A DNA stretch of 63,485 nt, filler included, from Choristocarpus tenellus KU-1152 (GCA_964200185.2; 13 parts of 13 records of this genome joined end to end with filler, not necessarily neighbours in it), one strand, 5' to 3'; positions 1 through 13,689 are shown, numbered from the whole stretch's first letter. The notes: a model not told the origin generated them from the sequence alone. Program-made: numbers and translations.

Positions 1-84
1 GGATACTGTAAATGCACTTTTCCTGATTTGGGTCCAAATGGACACCCTAGTGTAGACCCCCCCCCCTCCCAGATACTTTGGGTC
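1..84 (-). mobile_element. MITE family 2 (~178 bp), partial copy at window edge
   Basis: Reverse complement of the left part of the 46398-46575 copy (GACCCAAAGTATCTGGG...GGTCTACACTAGGGTGTCCATTTGGACC). Confidence 0.8.
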
Positions 85-107
85 CATCCTTAGTGATTGA
101 ACCTAAT

Positions 108-316
108 GAGTCAGAGTAACTTAGTAGGTAGAGCTGCATCTGTTTGGGGGCAAAAATATAATGTTCCGATTTTGATGTAATTTTGGCTATCATGTTTGTT
201 AGGAAGAGTCAATATCCTTGTTCGGAGTAGGAAAATGTCATAAAAAAAACTGTGGGAAGCCAAGCCCCAAACGGACGAACTGGGCAAAACTCGTACCCTC
301 TAAGATACTTTAACAC
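108..316 (+). mobile_element. MITE family 1 copy with ~50-bp internal deletion
   Basis: Degenerate TIRs GAGTCAGAGTAACTTAG...CTCTAAGATACTTTAACAC; internal sequence shared with other copies; AAT on both flanks. Confidence 0.85.
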
Positions 317-522
317 AATTGGAATGAAACAACAACGGTTCTACCTGCAAAAAAAAAGAAGTGTTGCAGTCTAGCCAGGTGGGCAGCATGAATATTCTCA
401 AGAAACCACTGGTCGTACATATGGGATTAATTATGCCAGTAACGGTAAACACCATAGCACCATACTGCTCCACTTTACTTTAATTTCTTAATCAGCAAAA
501 AAATGGGAATTTTCCTGATTAG

Positions 523-3500
523 TCAGCGTCCTGCCCCCCCACAAAAAAGGCCTAGTTTAAAAACGCTGGCTCCTACCATCCCTCGTCGGAGTCTAGCTCT
601 AACTCTTTCCGTATTTGGGGCTCTTTTTCATTTGCTAGTGAGACGCGATTTTCACATGCCGAGCTAACAACAATGACAACAATTTTAGATCCTTAATTAA
701 GCATTACAAGAAATTATGTTTCTGCGAAGCTACAGCACAGCACATAGTTTGAGCCTGTCATCATAGTTTCATCGACACCTTGGTCCTAGTGCCTACTGCC
801 TAGTCTTTTCCGTCCTCAGAGGAATTGGTTCATGTGGACTGTCTAAATTTCATATTCAATTTTTTCTGCAAGTGCTGACCTGCTGCTTTTACTCTAAGCA
901 TCCATATCCAAGCCTGCTACAACATAGACGAGCAACCCCGCCTCACCATGCACACACAAGGCCCTGTACGTTATCAAATTTAATACACAGTTCAGGCCAC
1001 CTGCACATCTCCATCGCTCTGTACCCTGAGGACAAAACCCTATGATGTGTCTCTACATGAGGTACCTATCATACATATTCAGCAACTTTACAAGATCACG
1101 GGAAAAACTTGTTTGGCTTTGCTAGATAGAAAATGACACCCCCAATAATATCCCTCGGCCAACCACAATCCAGAATGCTCAGTCCCCAAGGAGAACTTTA
1201 AGCCCTACCCTCCCTTTAAACCCTGGGTCTGTGTGCTTGTTGGGTTGGCCAAACATATGTTACTCACACAATTGCCAAGATCTGTACAAAGCTGCGTAGA
1301 TATAGGGCCGGGATTACAGATAACTCCCCAGCCCTAAAATCATTTTCCTACTTCCAAACACTCTATCCCACCTCAACCCCCTCAAAACTGTCTCACCTTC
1401 TGCACATTACTGTTGTATCTGTTGTTGTGACTGTTGTCAGCCCTGTTACTTCTACTGTTGGAGACTTGCTCACACCCACCCCACGCTATCTTGGCACTGG
1501 TCCTCAATCTGGACCTTGGGGACGGCCTAGGGGATGGCCTGGGTGATGGACGCTGCTGTGCACAGAAGGTGTGATGATGCTCGGTCTCATCACCTGCGGC
1601 TTGTGGGACACCCCCTGGGGGAATTCCCATTCTGTGTGTGGTGCATACACAATAATGAAACAGAGGAATACTTTGACGTGTACTTCAAAGCATGTAGGAG
1701 TTGAAGGCTGGGGCTGGGGTGGGGATACAGGGTATCATGGCAATGAGAGAGAGTGTGATCAAACTCGCTGATTATGACCAAATGGTGTCGATATGTATGT
1801 GAAGGGAGTGATCATACCAAGTGAGGGGTGAGAGCAGTACAAGGGATTCAATGGCCGATTGTGCGCAAACAGTTATCCCTGTCTTTGTCTTTTGAAGTAA
1901 AAATGACTCAATAAGCAGGAGATAATGCTCGTATGTAAATTAATTGCGACACCTTGAAGGTGAGCTGATGGAAGATCTGTTTGATCTCGCTGCAAGCAGC
2001 ACACTTCTTTGGCTGTCTACATAACATTTGTTTATACCACAAAGGATGAGTATGAAACCTCCGAGATCAATATCTAGCACTCAATGTCTTGGGTGTTCAA
2101 TTGCCATAATTTATGCCATCTTAGCCTCACATGACATGCTACAACATTGAATGCGAGCAAAAGGATCCACTCTACGACTTCACACCGTGCAACTCGTTGA
2201 GTAATGAGTAAAGATTGAATTTGCCATTGACTTCAACATGGATGCAAATTCTTTGCTCTTGCTAAGAAGGTAAGGTAGGAGACAAGGGTAGCTGCAAGGT
2301 TAGGGAAAGGATTAGGATGGGTATTGATTGATCGCAGGAGGGACATTATAGAATGCAGGGGTCGGGATAGATACCAAAGACTGCTTGAGGGTAAGGAAAG
2401 GGGATATCTTTGTTTTGTAATGTTGCTGTAAGATTACGCAGTTGGTTTGCCAACACTCACCCAGCAAATTGACGCATGTCAACATCATGAAGTCTGAGCT
2501 GCAAGTTGACGCAACTCATGGAATTATTCCATGTGGCATGGGAATCCTCCCCCACACCCTCATGTCCTCTAGCACGGGCCTGAGATGTCAATGATGGCAA
2601 GAACGGTTACGTTCCTCTAGAATCTTTTGTATGCCTAAAGTCTTGACAGTATAATGAACTCTTTTGATTTGTGTTATGGAATGTAGTGTCTCCTCGTGTG
2701 CACCTTCTGCCATTGGGTGTGTTGTTTTGTAATAGTAGTTAAGGAAGCTTTTATCTCACTGCGGAGCTTCACAAACAACCAGAACTACTCCCTTAACACC
2801 CAAGAGGAATGCATCGAGAACATTTGTATATTTATTCCCTAGGTTGGTGACCCACATTTGCTGTGAGTGATAGGTGTCATGGGATAAAATATACAACAGA
2901 ACAGGTAGGGAGAAGTTTGTTACCCTTGCCCAACCAAAAGGAACCTGAAACATTACCACAAGTAATGTGCTATTGCTTTCCTACAGATAAATTTCTGCAA
3001 TAGACCACCTGGTGGTACCTGTCCCACTTGGCCAGTCATGTTTATGTTACTTCCACAAACTGGCCGTCTTTGTGATGGGCGCCTCCCTTGCATAGCGATA
3101 CCCCCATACCTACCCCCACCAAGGTCCATGGTCCCTCGCATGCCAGCAGGATATCGCGTCCTTTGTGGGGAAGAAAATCTTCTTGAAGCTGTGGACAGGT
3201 CCTCAGATTGAGACGACCCACCGACGGCAGCAGTGGGGTGAACAGGATTGTCGATAGCATAACCAGCTAGATGTGCACTTGGTTTAGACGTTTTGGCTTC
3301 CATTCTCCCCCTGAGCAATTGGCATGTCAAAAACAGATGTGAGCTTTTCTAAAATGCTCGAGCTTGTAGCAAGCTGTACAGACAACCAACCATTCCCTCT
3401 CCCCACCCCTCTTTTCAACCCTGTCATAACCTCCGTTCGATATACTTGAAAGCCGCAAAACATCTTTGCAATATAATTCTCTTGTGCTACTTGCTAAGGA

Positions 3501-4227
3501 ATGGTGCAGCACCGGTCCGAGTACAGCAGGACTGAAGTTAGTCTAAGGTAAACACCCATCAGATCCCTGAAGGCCATGTACAAGGGAGCATTTCCCCGAC
3601 CTGGCTGGAGTTAGCCACATCATGGAGCACATGCTGCCTGTTTCACTATGTGGTGGGGTAGTCAATTATCTCCTCTAGTCTCCAACTACCTGCCCGAGTC
3701 AATACAGGTGAAAATATGTCAATCCACACGCACACACACATGTATACAACAAAACACGTATTACCTGCCTCCTACAGTTCCATCCCCGCTGGTTCTAACT
3801 CCCGAGACATCCCTCGCCTGATGGAGCCTCTCCCCGTCATCCCCCATGGTTCTCTGTACTTGCGTGTCATTCTTAATCTTGATTAGAGGGGAGAATGAAG
3901 GTCGGGTCTACAGTCAGGCCAGTAAAAAGAGAGTCTAATACATGAATCGCTAACTCTCTTTCATTTCCATCTGGAGCTGAATACTAGGTTTGGGCAGACC
4001 ACATTTTTTTCCATACCATCCATGAGTGATGTGAGGTCTTCACTATTTTTGTGGCTTCAACATGATAACAGCGCTGTTCCTGCGTTGAGTATATAATAGA
4101 TACACAACGCCCTCACCCACCTTACCTTGTAAAGAACACCCTGTCGGTCGACGCTCGAGGCGATTGACCCGGACCGATCTCGCCGAGATTGGTTTCGTCG
4201 TGGCATTGAAGGGATAGGCGTCCCTGA
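523..4227 (-). CDS. 3' part of a multi-exon gene; low-complexity protein with a possible split PH-like domain
   Basis: Phase-compatible GT-AG exons 4227-4126, 3853-3765, 3600-3556, 3310-3009, 2838-2760, 1631-1397, 1281-1268, 1025-1001, 913-880, 530-523. They splice to ..VDRQGVLYKR..NVQK-ILAIV-VQSDGDVQ-AWIWMLRVKAAGR*. The PH call rests on motif resemblance only. Confidence 0.55.
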
Positions 4228-4890
4228 CTAGAGTTCTGTTCAATGTTGAAATAGAAAGGGTGTTACAGCAAGCCAACGACAGCTTATCTTCCTCTCAGTA
4301 CCTTACTGCAACGCAGAAGAGTGGCCTATCTGTACACATGCAGTGGTGAATAGGGCTTCGAAGACCATGCCTATAGAAGTAGACAAAAATACAGTTCAGA
4401 GATACAGTATATTTTGGAAGAAACGTTACATGAATTCAAAGTGACAGAGTTTTTGTTATTGTTGTTACCCCAATATTTTTCAGGTGAAGATTAAGGTTTG
4501 GGACAAGGCAGGAGAAACACGACGAACCTCCAAATACTTCGTAGTATGGCGCCACCATCAGGGATCCATGAAGCGATAGACCAACTTTTCAAGAGAATTT
4601 TGTTGTGAATCTCGTTACGTATGCCTCCTATTCCGACCTTTGCGGTCGTGCATATCCTCAAACAAGTGGAATTCGAAGTCTGCGAAGTAATACTCACCAA
4701 AATACTAGGCCGAAAGAGTCAAACCAATGAAGAGGTAGGCAGGATTGCATATTATCAAGGGTCCCGAGAAAGGGCAATAAGATGCCATCTTGTACAATTA
4801 CAGAAAGAGGCTTTGCTGAATTGTGGTGTCATGGCACATTGAAGTACAGTGGGATTTCTGCGGAGTATATAGGGGTCTAAGGCAACAAAA

Positions 4891-4925
4891 GGCTCTAAGT
4901 ATCTGGGGGGGGGGGGGGGGGGGGG
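4891..4925 (+). mobile_element. MITE family 2 terminus running into poly-G at the contig end
   Basis: GGCTCTAAGTATCTGGGGG.. resembles the family-2 TIR. Confidence 0.4.
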
Positions 4926-4997
4926 AGGGGTTGTTTTTTTTTGGGTCTTTTTTTTTTTGTTTTTTTTTTTGGGGTTTTTTGTTTGTATTGTTTGGTT

Positions 4998-5097
4998 NNN
5001 NNNNNNNNNNNNNNNNNNNNNNNNNNNNNNNNNNNNNNNNNTTAATTAATTAANNNNNNNNNNNNNNNNNNNNNNNNNNNNNNNNNNNNNNNNNNNN
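4998..5097. other. Artificial contig linker N44-TTAATTAATTAA-N44 (first of 12)
   Basis: Same spacer, with stops in all six frames, at 4998, 8080, 11481, 17647, 20954, 27522, 34225, 38500, 42405, 46725, 52624 and 60610. Confidence 0.98.
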
Positions 5098-5372
5098 GGG
5101 GGGGGGGGGAAGGGGTGGGGGTTTCCCTGTGGGGGGGGTTTTGGGGGGGGGGGGTGGAGTTTTTTTTTTTGGGGGGGGGGGGGGGGGGAATTAGTAAAGT
5201 GTTCATTCGTTTCAGTACAGTATGTGGTGGTTTGGATTGGTGCTCTAGTTGATTTCGATGGCCTATTTTGATGGGGTATTCACAAGTCCGATTAATTCGT
5301 TTGTTTTGTAGAAGAGAAAGGGCGTTTTTTGTGTTGTTGTTACACGCGTCGACATCAGTCACGGCTTGACAG

Positions 5373-6974
5373 TGTCATCAAGCTGTGGTGGCTCTGGGCT
5401 GGCTCTGGGGCAAGGCATGTCGTTTTCTCACAATCCAACCTCTGTAGATTGGATTTGGGATTCTAGTGTTCAGCTCGACATCTCAGTTCTAGTGCTTATT
5501 ATTATAAACAGTTAGAAAAATATGTGTTATTTGTGTGTTCTATTGTAAATGTTCTATTGACCGAACCGTGTGTGTGTTTCCTCTTATTGCTTGGGTTATG
5601 CCAAGCCAGACCAGGAGTGGCACTTCACTGTATTTCGATCTCTCTCCCAGCTTTTTGTGTTTGAATCATACAAACAAGAGTGGGCATCAATGATATTACA
5701 TGGTCAGTATGGTATCAGTGCTTGGTAAAGGAGGAGTAGTTCTCTCTCTCTCTCTCTCTCTTACCATGCCTACCTATTATTATCAATATTTTTGTATCAA
5801 TATGACCGTCTGATGTCTTTTGTCTGTGTGAACACTTAGTTACATAACCCTAATACATAATACTGGAAAGTACCTACCATAACCCTCGGCAGTCCAAGAC
5901 CTGAACCTGGCCCAACAGTTGCCCAAAACCTAGTTCTCGATACGAACCCTAAAACCTCAGCAGTTGTCCTAAAACCTACCTTTTGAAACGGACCCTAACC
6001 CTTGGCAGTCCTACTGATAATTCTTACCATGCTTATCACAGTGAGTGTAGGGGATTGAACAAGCCCTAACCCTTGGCAGTCCTACCGATAAATGCAAACC
6101 ACACTTATGGTACAGGGGGACTGACTGAACAACCATACCGAACCCCTTTGTTTGCGCACACATTTTATTTATTTATTTATTTTTAACGAAAGTACTTATC
6201 CAAGCTAAAGAACCTGCGGAGGTTGAACATTCAGGGATGCCGTCTGGTGACAGACGATGGGGTGAGATCGGTTTTGCAAAGCTGCAAGGCGTTGGAGTCC
6301 CTCAATTTGGCGCACTGTTCAAGGCTGTCGGTAAGAAAAAAACAATATATAAAAAAATAATATTATATAATAAGTAATGTAATATATATATATATTATTT
6401 TTTATTGTAGTATGGTATTTATAGTGTGTTTTCTTGTCCTTTTTAGGAGTAAGACGGTGGTGTACCTTCTTTTTTTTTAGTGGGTGTGTAGTTGTGGGCG
6501 TTCAGTACCACAAATTGCGATTGTTGGCTCTGGGGCGCGCTCTGGAGCTGAGGTGTGTACGGGGAGGACTTGCACGACAGTAGCGCGGGTGGTGGGATGT
6601 TGTTGTGAATGCCTGATAGCTGTTGTTGAAAGGTTAGTCCGGTATGTAACTTCTGTGATCAGACCATCAATGTGTGATCAGTTGGGCATGGTGATATGTT
6701 AAGAGGGGGCTGGCTAGATAGAGAGAGGCTCGAACATCTGGGGACTGTAATAATAATATTTATTTATTTTAAACAGTATTTTGATAGCTGCAAATAAACG
6801 CACGTGGATGAATTTGTGTATTTTTCTCCTTTAAAAAAAAAAAACTTGTGATATGTTGATTATTTTTTTATAATTTCTATCTGTGTCTCCCCTTTGGATG
6901 GAATAATTTTAATAAGATGTTCATGTGATTGGGTACCCACCAGGCAGAAGGTGTCTTGATCACCTTGGATTCGA
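5373..6974 (+). CDS. Cysteine-containing LRR protein (FBXL/AMN1-like), internal exons
   Basis: Firm exon 6205-6330 (AG..GT, 126 nt): LKNLRRLNIQGCRLVTDDGVRSVLQSCKALESLNLAHCSRLS, LRR_CC pattern. Tentative in-phase exons 5373-5414 (CHQAVVALGWLWGK, GC donor) and 6944-6974 (AEGVLITLDS). Confidence 0.75.
5876..6146 (+). repeat. Degenerate intronic minisatellite built on CCCTAACCCTTGGCAGTCC
   Basis: Near-identical units at ~5994 and ~6064; weaker copies at ~5880 and ~5946. Confidence 0.55.
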
Positions 6975-9534
6975 GTAAATTTGAAATGATTTGATTGGCT
7001 TACTGGGCTATGCGCTCTGGAGCTATGTGCTGAGATTGGTGTTGCACCACAGGGCCGTGTGATCTTGTGGTGGTGGTTGTGTTATCCGTCCAGAAATTTC
7101 TGTGCTAGCTTGGAAATTTATTTGTTAGTTATGATAGCAGATACATCGTAAATGTCTTAAATGTCTTTTGAAATTTTTGATGGTACCTCCTGGGTCAGTG
7201 TGTGAGCACCAATCCAGTGCTGAGTTTTTGTAGGTGGGACATCTTTTTCCAAGGGTCGAGATGAGATTTGTAGGAATCAGTTTCTTGAGGTTTTGGATGA
7301 GGTGTGTAAGGATTAAGATGTGTAGGGGTTATTTTACCGGAGGTTTTGGATGAGGTATGTGCGGATTGTTGCACAAGCTGGTTCAGACAAAATTGCAAGA
7401 GTTTTTATCAAGAGGGGTTTTTTATGTGGGTGTTCCCAGGGTGCAGGGAAAGTCAGTAGTATCCCAAAAAGGGGTTTATGTGAGCTGTTCAGGCGATTAA
7501 GTTTCAGAAATATCTTGAATTTAGAATGCCGCTCTTGCAGATGTATGTATATATCAATGTAGATCAGAAACATATTGAATTTAGAACACCACTCTTACGT
7601 AAGTGTGTACATAGGTAGTTGAAGAATATCTTTAATTTGGGATCAACTCTTGCATAAGTAAGGCTGGCCAATGCTTGTGATTTTGAAATGAATGTTTCCA
7701 CCCCCCCCCCACCTCATCCCCAACGCTCTAAGCCGCTTGGGATGTCTGTTGTGCTCATGTCTAGAGGAGTTCGCAAGCTGACTGAGGTGATAATGCCGTG
7801 AGGTATTGGTCGATGTGGAATAATTTTGAAATAGGGTATATATATATATATGTACATCAAGAGGCAAGAGTGTTTTTTTTCACTTTTAGAGCTGAATGGG
7901 TTATGTCCTGTTTTGAAGTAGGTGTGTGTGTGTGTGTTCATTTGCTAGTATATATTGTTTTACTTGCCCCTGGAAATAGCATTGATGTTGAATAATATGT
8001 CTGTCCCCCCCCGCCCCCCCCCCCCCACCCCTCCTTCTTCTGGCTGTTGTGGTTTTTTCTTTTTTTTTATTATGAGTTGNNNNNNNNNNNNNNNNNNNNN
8101 NNNNNNNNNNNNNNNNNNNNNNNTTAATTAATTAANNNNNNNNNNNNNNNNNNNNNNNNNNNNNNNNNNNNNNNNNNNNCCTAACCCTATGCTGCCAAAT
8201 CCATGGTACGCTAGATTTTGGACTACCCCCTCCCCCCCACCCCCTCGCCCTCCCCCACCCACCCTTCATGCCATGATAGTGCACAGCTTACAGGCTTGCG
8301 GTGTTAATATTGGCGTTGCTGTATGTAGACCCATCCTATGTACTCCTTACGTACCCCTTATATTTCCCATTACTACCGGTATTGTTTGCTCCTGAATGGT
8401 GGCAAGTTTTAGGACGTTTCCACACCCAACACTGTGATCATTGCTCCGTGCAACGACGCTACCCTTTCTTTGCCCTGTACATACACACGTGTCACTAGAG
8501 GCTCTTTCAGACGGCCTTGCTGTCGGGTTATCTTTTTTTTCTAAAAAGCGAGTGGATTGTGCTCACTACGTTGATATCTCGCTTCTTTCTTTCTTTTTTT
8601 TTTCTCTTTTTTTCTCTTTTTTCATGTCATTTCCAAGAAAATTCTCAGAATTCTACTTTTGCTTTTTCTCGAGAAATGGTCCGGCGCGCCCTTTTTGCAG
8701 GGGCTTTTGATCAGGCTGAGGGCGGCAGATTCAAAGGGACCAGTCCGTTGGACAGACAAGTCCCATCACACGCTGACCGTGCTGTCTGTCTGGTCTGATG
8801 AAAAGCCCGGCGAATTTGTTGCGTGTAGCAGCCTCGATGCCGCTCTGGTGCACTCCCAAGCTATTGTTGTTTTGGTATTTTGGTATTTTGGTATTTTGGT
8901 TTTCACCAGTCAATTGAAGGCATTGTTGTGTAAGCTCTTGAGTCTGATATTCATGAGGACGTTTGTTAGTTCTCTGCACTGCAGGAGATAGCACTCCTCT
9001 TCTGTCAAATGACGAAGCAGGACGCCGGAGTGGACTTAGAGTATCCGTTAGTGTTCTTGTGTGCATGGATCAATCGCAGACCTCGCTTGCTGCCACTGGG
9101 AGCTTGCTCTGTCGCCTTGTTGTAAGAGCCAGGTGGGGATTGACTTTTGTGTTCAAGGACGCGGAAATCGTCTGCAACGGTCTTGGCAGTGCGCTACGGA
9201 AAGGGAGTTCAAACCGCCTTCCCTTCCACTACAAACCTTGAGTAGTAATAGTTGTCAAGCTGTTTTGCCGCTGTGGCTTTTGAGTTTCCATTCCCCTTCG
9301 AGATTGAGATTTCGATGTGTGACTGGAGTAGGATTTTTTAAGGGTTACAGGGCTAATTTGAATGTAAACGAGACAGTTAAGGGGGTAGGAACGAACGACG
9401 AACGACCACTTTTGACCCCCTGTCTCGGCATGCTGGCATTCCATATTTTTTTTTCCTTCCAAGTTGCTATTTTTCTTTTCCTCGCTCCAAGTTGCTATTT
9501 TGACACATCATGATCGAGCATATCATCACTTGCG

Positions 9535-9572
<38 letters not shown>

Positions 9573-9647
9573 CCGTTTGAAATTTCATGTGCCCATCCAT
9601 GCATATGATCGCTTGTTGGCAACAACCATCACCAATTGAGTGGGAAG

Positions 9648-9684
<37 letters not shown>

Positions 9685-10255
9685 ATCATCAAGATTGGGT
9701 GTTGAGACCACGAAGGAGGGAGGGCAAGAAGTGTTGTTTTGTTTTTGTTTTTTTTAAATCGGCAGTTCTACACCTGTGCTAAGTTACAAGCAGTTCCCAA
9801 TATTTTCTCGAAATTCTCTTCTCAAGGTCTTTGCCAGACCCTAACCCCAATGATTGTTCGTGTTCGGGATTATAGGACTAGGGCTAGGGATAAATAGGTC
9901 TAGGGATAGGATATGTGTCAACGGGGGGGGTAGTCGTCACCTGCATCACCTACATCACCTACAACATCCTTAATCCCACTTTATTCTGGATCAGCCTCCG
10001 TGGATGGAGTGGTGTCCCCACCACCACACCACACCCCGCCACAGTGTCTCCAACGTCCAACTCTCATGCCATACTTCTGTTGTGGAGGGTTAGGGTTAGG
10101 GTCCAAGGGCGAACCCGGTTAAAGACCAGGGAGTAGGTCTGAAGGTCAACTTGTGTATAGTGGAGTGTGGCAGCCTTCCTGTGCTGGTCTCACTTCCGCG
10201 CCTTGCTTCTGTGGTGTCTTTTTGTGATGTTTGCCCATTCCACCCCCTGCTGCAG

Positions 10256-10325
10256 GTCTCCCATCTATGCCATGTTTTCGGAAGCACTTGATGGTGCCGT
10301 TACAATTCGTGCGTTTCAAGAAGAG
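10256..10325 (+). CDS. ABCC/MRP transporter, one internal exon (second TMD)
   Basis: CAG|..|GTAAG exon: (R)SPIYAMFSEALDGAVTIRAFQEE, matching the ABCC 'RSPIYxxFSExLxGxxTIRAF' motif. Confidence 0.85.
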
Positions 10326-11076
10326 GTAAGAGGTGGGGGGGAAGGATTGAGAGCGTCTTGTTTCATGAAAACAGTAGGGCATCGCCACTATACCCCTTTT
10401 GATACAACGAGACCCCTTTCAAGTGTATTGGTTTCAGAGTCCTGTCGGGGGTCAGGGTGAATGCAAGTTGGGCGGCACGAGCCAGCCGCCTTGATACCTG
10501 TTGCTCCCCCTGTGAAATATAGAGCTATATGTTGGAAATGGTCAACCCACACGGAATTGGAATTCTGCCTCTTGAAGGGGTTCCGAGGTCAGACACCAAA
10601 GGGAAGCCAGCTAAGGGTTAGGGTTGAAGGGGGTGGAGATTGAAGTTGAAGGTACATTCGTTTGATTGGGTGGAGGCGTTACGGGTTCAAGTTTGCAAGT
10701 GTGGTAGTTTCCTTTTTTACTGTTGTGTGCGGAAGGGGTGGTAGTAGATTGATCAGCAGTTACATAGTTGTATATCTCACGACGTGTACGAAGTAAGTGC
10801 CCACTGTGTTATTGATGTATGCTTCTGCCCGTAGTGGTAGCATTCAGAAATGGGTCTGCCTTGGAAAGGCGTTTTCTATCATTATTACTGCTAAGCACAG
10901 AGGTAAGATGGTTTGCTGAAACGCCGTATGAAATTTGGGGTGATGACCCCCGGTGCCGTGCTGTGTCGCTCCACCAAGGTCATGGTCGAAACCGTCCAAC
11001 AGGACTTCCTTTCGGAAGGACCAAGGTCATGTACTTGGGGCTGCAGTGGCAGTACATCTGTATATATATATGTATG

Positions 11077-11120
<44 letters not shown>

Positions 11121-11859
11121 TGAGAAAGAATGTTTAATATGGGTAGAACTGATAAAAACAGGTACCAAGATGCAGTCAGAGATGGCTGGATAGGTATGGC
11201 GCGAGGGAGTGAAGGGTATTGAATTCGAAGGATCGGTGTAGTGATTTTCAATCAGATGCCGATGTCCCCGTAGTCTAGTTTTATACGTCAATGCCTTGGT
11301 GTACGCAATGTCCTTGCCATTCAGTACTGGCATGTGAGTGCGTTTTGTGTTTTGTCAATAGATTCAGGAATAGACGATTGCGTGTGTGCTCATCGAGGAT
11401 TGAGCGGCAGCGTGGTTTTGGGGGTCAGCATAAACAACACCGTATCTTTACGGGGGGGGGGGGGGGGGGGGGGGGGGGGGNNNNNNNNNNNNNNNNNNNN
11501 NNNNNNNNNNNNNNNNNNNNNNNNTTAATTAATTAANNNNNNNNNNNNNNNNNNNNNNNNNNNNNNNNNNNNNNNNNNNNGAGGTGGGATTGAGACGATT
11601 TGCACACTGATCGTTTGGCGTCTCCCACTTCTTGCAAGATGCCGTACATTTTCTTTTGCTCCTGGACTTTGGGTTGGACATATATATACATATATAGTTG
11701 ATTAAGGCTTTCTCCCAGCCTACATTCATTGGAGAAATTAACACAATTTTCGATCAACTCAAGTCTGTCCTCCCTCACTGTTGCGCCTTGATAATAGAAT
11801 ATCACCCACCCAGGAAACACGGATGATGTCCATTTCCGGCGCTCAACGAGGAAATGTGA

Positions 11860-12115
11860 TAATAAGGGCTCTAACACTGCGAATCCTGTACCTGTGTATG
11901 AACGACGGGAAAGACCATGAATCGGCGCTCGAGATGACAGCAGGATATGCGATGGTCAGGTCGGAAACTGCGAGTAAATGGGAAAGAGATTTCCTAACTA
12001 AGGGTCACATCAAGGTGTCGGAGCAAGGGCACTACGAGAGGCATTTTGTTCTGGGCGTCGATGAGGACATCCTTGCCGAGGTGAAAGAGTGGGTGGGTGA
12101 ACACACAGGAAGGGT
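11860..12115 (+). mobile_element. Possible DNA-transposon ORF remnant (IS630/Tc1-like N-terminal region)
   Basis: SETASKWERDFLTKGHIKVSEQGHYERHFVLGVDEDILAEVKEWV resembles the W..F...G....QG.H......DED.....W segment of eukaryotic DDE transposases; intronless and within a TE cluster. Confidence 0.35.
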
Positions 12116-13074
12116 GGAGAGGCTTTTTCCCCTCCTAAATCCTATACTTTAATCAAGTAATAGTGCATCTGTTGACACTCTTGGTGACCTACAATCCAAG
12201 GTTCGAACCCCAATATGATGACTCTTCAAAAAAGAAAAAAACGGCGAAAAAAAACGATGCCCGTACTCTGGAGGGCCTTGTGACGGGCATCATGAATATG
12301 CTCTTATAATTAAAATCTGATCTCTATAAAAAAATATGACGGGACAACCCCAGAGGGCGAAGGTACTGCTACTACCACAGTCTAATGGCATTACATCCAT
12401 ATCATCTATCTCCCTGCGAGGATCTTGAGCCCCCACACACCTGTTGTAATGAAAAAACATGTTTCATGCACGAAACTGAAGATATGTTTAAATTGAATGT
12501 CCTGAATTGAGAGAAGTCGTAAGTGTTTCATATTGGATAGGCTCGAAACAATTTGAACAACTTGATGTGTATCCATGCACGTCAGTGATTGATGAAGGCT
12601 GTTCCCTGCATAAATTTTGGCGGGTTCTAATCCCATTGACCACAGACTTCCTCCCAGGGAAATCTAGTCAACCATCCAAACAAAGTTCATGCAGCAAGCA
12701 TTTCAGTTTGTATACATATGCTATCCTATCTGCCACTATGCCGCAAACTCGTCTGACCAAGAACGATGTGCAATGGCTCCATTGCTGCCCTGCGCTGATG
12801 TGAGTCCAGCACAAAATTAGAAGGGGGAGCGAGAGTAGTAGTGGGATAGCTGAGTCCAATGTGGGAGAACCCAGACACGAATGGATTAGTTGTAGTGCAA
12901 CAGTTAGCTACAGTTATTGGATAAAAAGGGGTGGAGTGTGTAGACTTCTCTGACCACGGGTTGGGAGAGTGCCTGAACTAAAGGGAAGAAAACAAGAAAT
13001 AAGAATATAGTAATATTGAGACAATGTGTGTGTATCAAATGTTGTGAGGGGACTAAGAAAGTGCCACATATTGA

Positions 13075-13332
13075 GAGTAAAAGTATCTTAGAGCGTACGA
13101 GTTTTGCCCTGTTTGTCCGTTTTGGGGATTGGCTTCCCACAGGTTTTTTATGACATTTTCCTACTCTAAAATGTTTCGGAGTAGGTAAAATGTGTGCGTT
13201 ATGAAAAGATATATCCGCAACAAGGATATTGACACTTCCTAACAAACATGATGGCCAAAATTACATCAAAATCGCAACATTGGATTTTGACCCCAAATGG
13301 ACACGGCTCTACCCTCTGAGATACTTTGAGTC
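13075..13332 (-). mobile_element. MITE family 1, full copy
   Basis: TIRs GAGTAAAAGTATCTTAGAG / CCCTCTGAGATACTTTGAGTC; central hairpin TTTTCCTACTCT..GGAGTAGGTAAAA. Confidence 0.9.
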
Positions 13333-13689
13333 TCTGGGTGTGAGGAAGCGTACAGGATTGTGCACAACGCATTTGCACAATAACATTGACAAACTCAATG
13401 GAATACTTTCTCTTACAGGTATATACCAAAGACAACCTAGGAACAGTTGTAGGGTGTACACCTAGTTGATGGCGATAAGTGATAGATGATGACAGTATCG
13501 AAAGTCCCACATGACATACAAAGCAAATGTTCATAAGCAAATGTTCATTAGAAAATTCGAGCATCGACATTTTGAAATTTGTGTACACAAAAGAGTGTAA
13601 GGAATAACCAGGTTGTGTGTGGACATGTAGTGACTTACATGGGAGTATCTGTTCTTTTAAAACTTTTACTACATACTTCCTTTGTTATG

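Noticed and set aside
8441-9513. Overlapping 90-150 aa ORFs
   Set aside because: No motifs or consistent splice phases; probably intron of the ABCC gene
10087-10101. TTAGGG/CCCTAA doublets (also near 54503, 58570, 60551) as telomeres
   Set aside because: Only 2-3 units and interstitial; not a telomeric array
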